A stretch of 63,747 nucleotides of DNA, the filler included, from Folioceros fuciformis (taxonomy: Eukaryota): the NCBI GenBank assembly GCA_049999805.1. It is 6 parts of 6 records of this genome, joined end to end, with 100 filler letters (N's around TTAATTAATTAA, not from the genome) between each part and the next. Parts side by side here need not be neighbours in the genome. Positions count along the whole stretch, not along the records: positions 62,240 to 63,747 come from JBNGIO010005840.1; 5 more parts are not named here. The stretch is one strand, 5' to 3'. The notes beneath the pieces were generated by a model. It was given only the letters and a program-made list of their open reading frames with translations, ran no database searches and was not told the origin of the DNA. This document shows positions 62,240-63,747 of this stretch, one piece after another. Each line of letters starts with the position of its first letter. The first letter of the stretch is position 1. The translations under genes were made by a program, and so were the position numbers.

Positions 62240-63747
62240 GCTGATAATCGGAGGGTGTATCAAATAATCCTCCAGGTGAAACCACTCCCTCCATGTCAAA
62301 ATCCCCAAACACTATTGATTCAGACTCAGAATTGTCTGGAGGTCGGACAAGAGGCTTTGATGGAGGTGTGATGGGAATCTGATTGAGTGCTGGAGCAGAT
62401 GGTACAACCGGATTAATTTGTGGTGCCGGTGCTGCAGCTGCTGAGGCTGCAGGAGGGAGAAATGTCTCCTCTGAGTCATCGTCTGACTCATCTAGTGAGT
62501 CAAGAATAAATGCTCCCACTGAGTCCTGAGACTCCACACCTTCTACGAATATGACATCCCTGGAATGAGTTACTCTGCGGGTATGTCTGTCAATCACCTT
62601 GTATCCTTTGATGCCCTCGGTGAAGCCAATAAATATGCAGGGTGTAGACTTGGGTTCAAACTTCTTCCGAAGGTCCTTGTGTATATGAACATATACTGGT
62701 GAGCTAAAAACCCGCATGTTGGAGATATCTGGCTTTACTCCAGTCCACACCTCATAAGGTGTCTTGTCCTTGACAGTAGCATGCTCAATACGATTTTGTA
62801 TGTACATAGCATAGGCTACGGCTTCTGCCCAGTAGCATTTAGGAAGTTTTGCATAGCTTAGCATGCTGGAGGCTGACGTTTCGAGTGCCTTGTTTTTATT
62901 CTCGGCCCCTCCATTTTGCTGAGGCGTCCGTGCAGTGGTAACCTACCTAGCAATGCCATGGGCTTGGCAAAAAGCTTGAAACTCTCCAGATACGTATTCT
63001 CCCCCATTATCTGAGCGCAGTGCCTTCAACTTCTGCTCAGTTTGATTTTCTGACCATAATTTGTACTCCATGAAGCAGGGCAGGGTATCTGACTTGTGCT
63101 TGAGTAGATAAACCACAGTGAATCTGGAATAATCATCAACGAAGGACAAGAAATAGAGCTTGCCGCCAAGAGATGTGGGAAGAGGCCCACAGACATCACT
63201 GTGAACAAGTCCAAGTACCCTCGTAGCTCGTTCAGCCTGCTCAGTTGGAAATGCAAACCTTTGATGCTTGCCTATGACACAAGAATTGCAGACTCCAAAA
63301 TCAGATAAGGTATCCAACTTCAATCCTTTGACCAACTGTTTTTGATGCATTCTTACTAACTTCTGGAAATTCAAGTGTCCAAGTCTTAAATGCCACAAAT
63401 AGGTCAGGGAAGGCTGCGACATGTGAGCTGAGTGCGTAGCTGCATTGGCATGAACTTTCTTAACATCAAGGTGGTACAACTCGTCTGCTCTCAGTCCTCC
63501 TGTGGCCATCAGCTTTCCATCAGGTGTCTTCACTACACACTTGCTGTCACCAAAACAGATGTAGCAGCCAGATTCATCAATTTTCCGTACCGAAACCAGG
63601 TTCTTGGCTAGGCCTGGGACGTACAAGACATTTGGAATTTCCAGATGCTGATCAGGTTCAAGGTCGAGCTGAATTGTACCTTGTCCTTCAATTTTGTGTG
63701 TGGAATCATCACCCAAGCATACAAACCTTTCTCCTTGCACAGGTTGC
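62240..63747 (-). pseudogene. Ty1/copia pol fragment (protease end, GAG-pre-integrase, integrase)
   Basis: LWHLRLGH, CNSC, VHSDVCGP, LRSDNGGEY, WAEAVAYA; single in-frame stop at 62943-62945. Confidence 0.93.

Overview
Nuclear DNA of a non-seed land plant; the phytochrome resembles bryophyte/lycophyte PHY, and a liverwort is my best guess. The window is six contigs joined by artificial 100-bp spacers (N44-TTAATTAATTAA-N44), so adjacency across these spacers is not biological. The central contig (21655-48796) is a compact island of six intron-containing genes: ETO1/EOL1-like BTB-TPR (+), MTP6-type cation diffusion facilitator (-), PIG-B GPI mannosyltransferase (-), an intact GH26 beta-mannanase of microbial type with a spliced signal-peptide exon (-), NDOR1/TAH18 diflavin reductase (+) and a canonical 4-exon phytochrome (+). 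The other contigs are nested, mostly degenerate Ty1/copia and non-chromoviral Ty3/gypsy LTR retrotransposons. Two observations stand out: (1) a disrupted gene at ~55218-57060 (-), split across small ORFs, encoding a ParB-like N-terminal region plus a beta-class DNA amino-methyltransferase (N6A/N4C) domain; (2) the apparently horizontally acquired, domesticated GH26 gene. No rRNA, tRNA or CRISPR seen. All assignments come from motif recognition by eye, without database searches.
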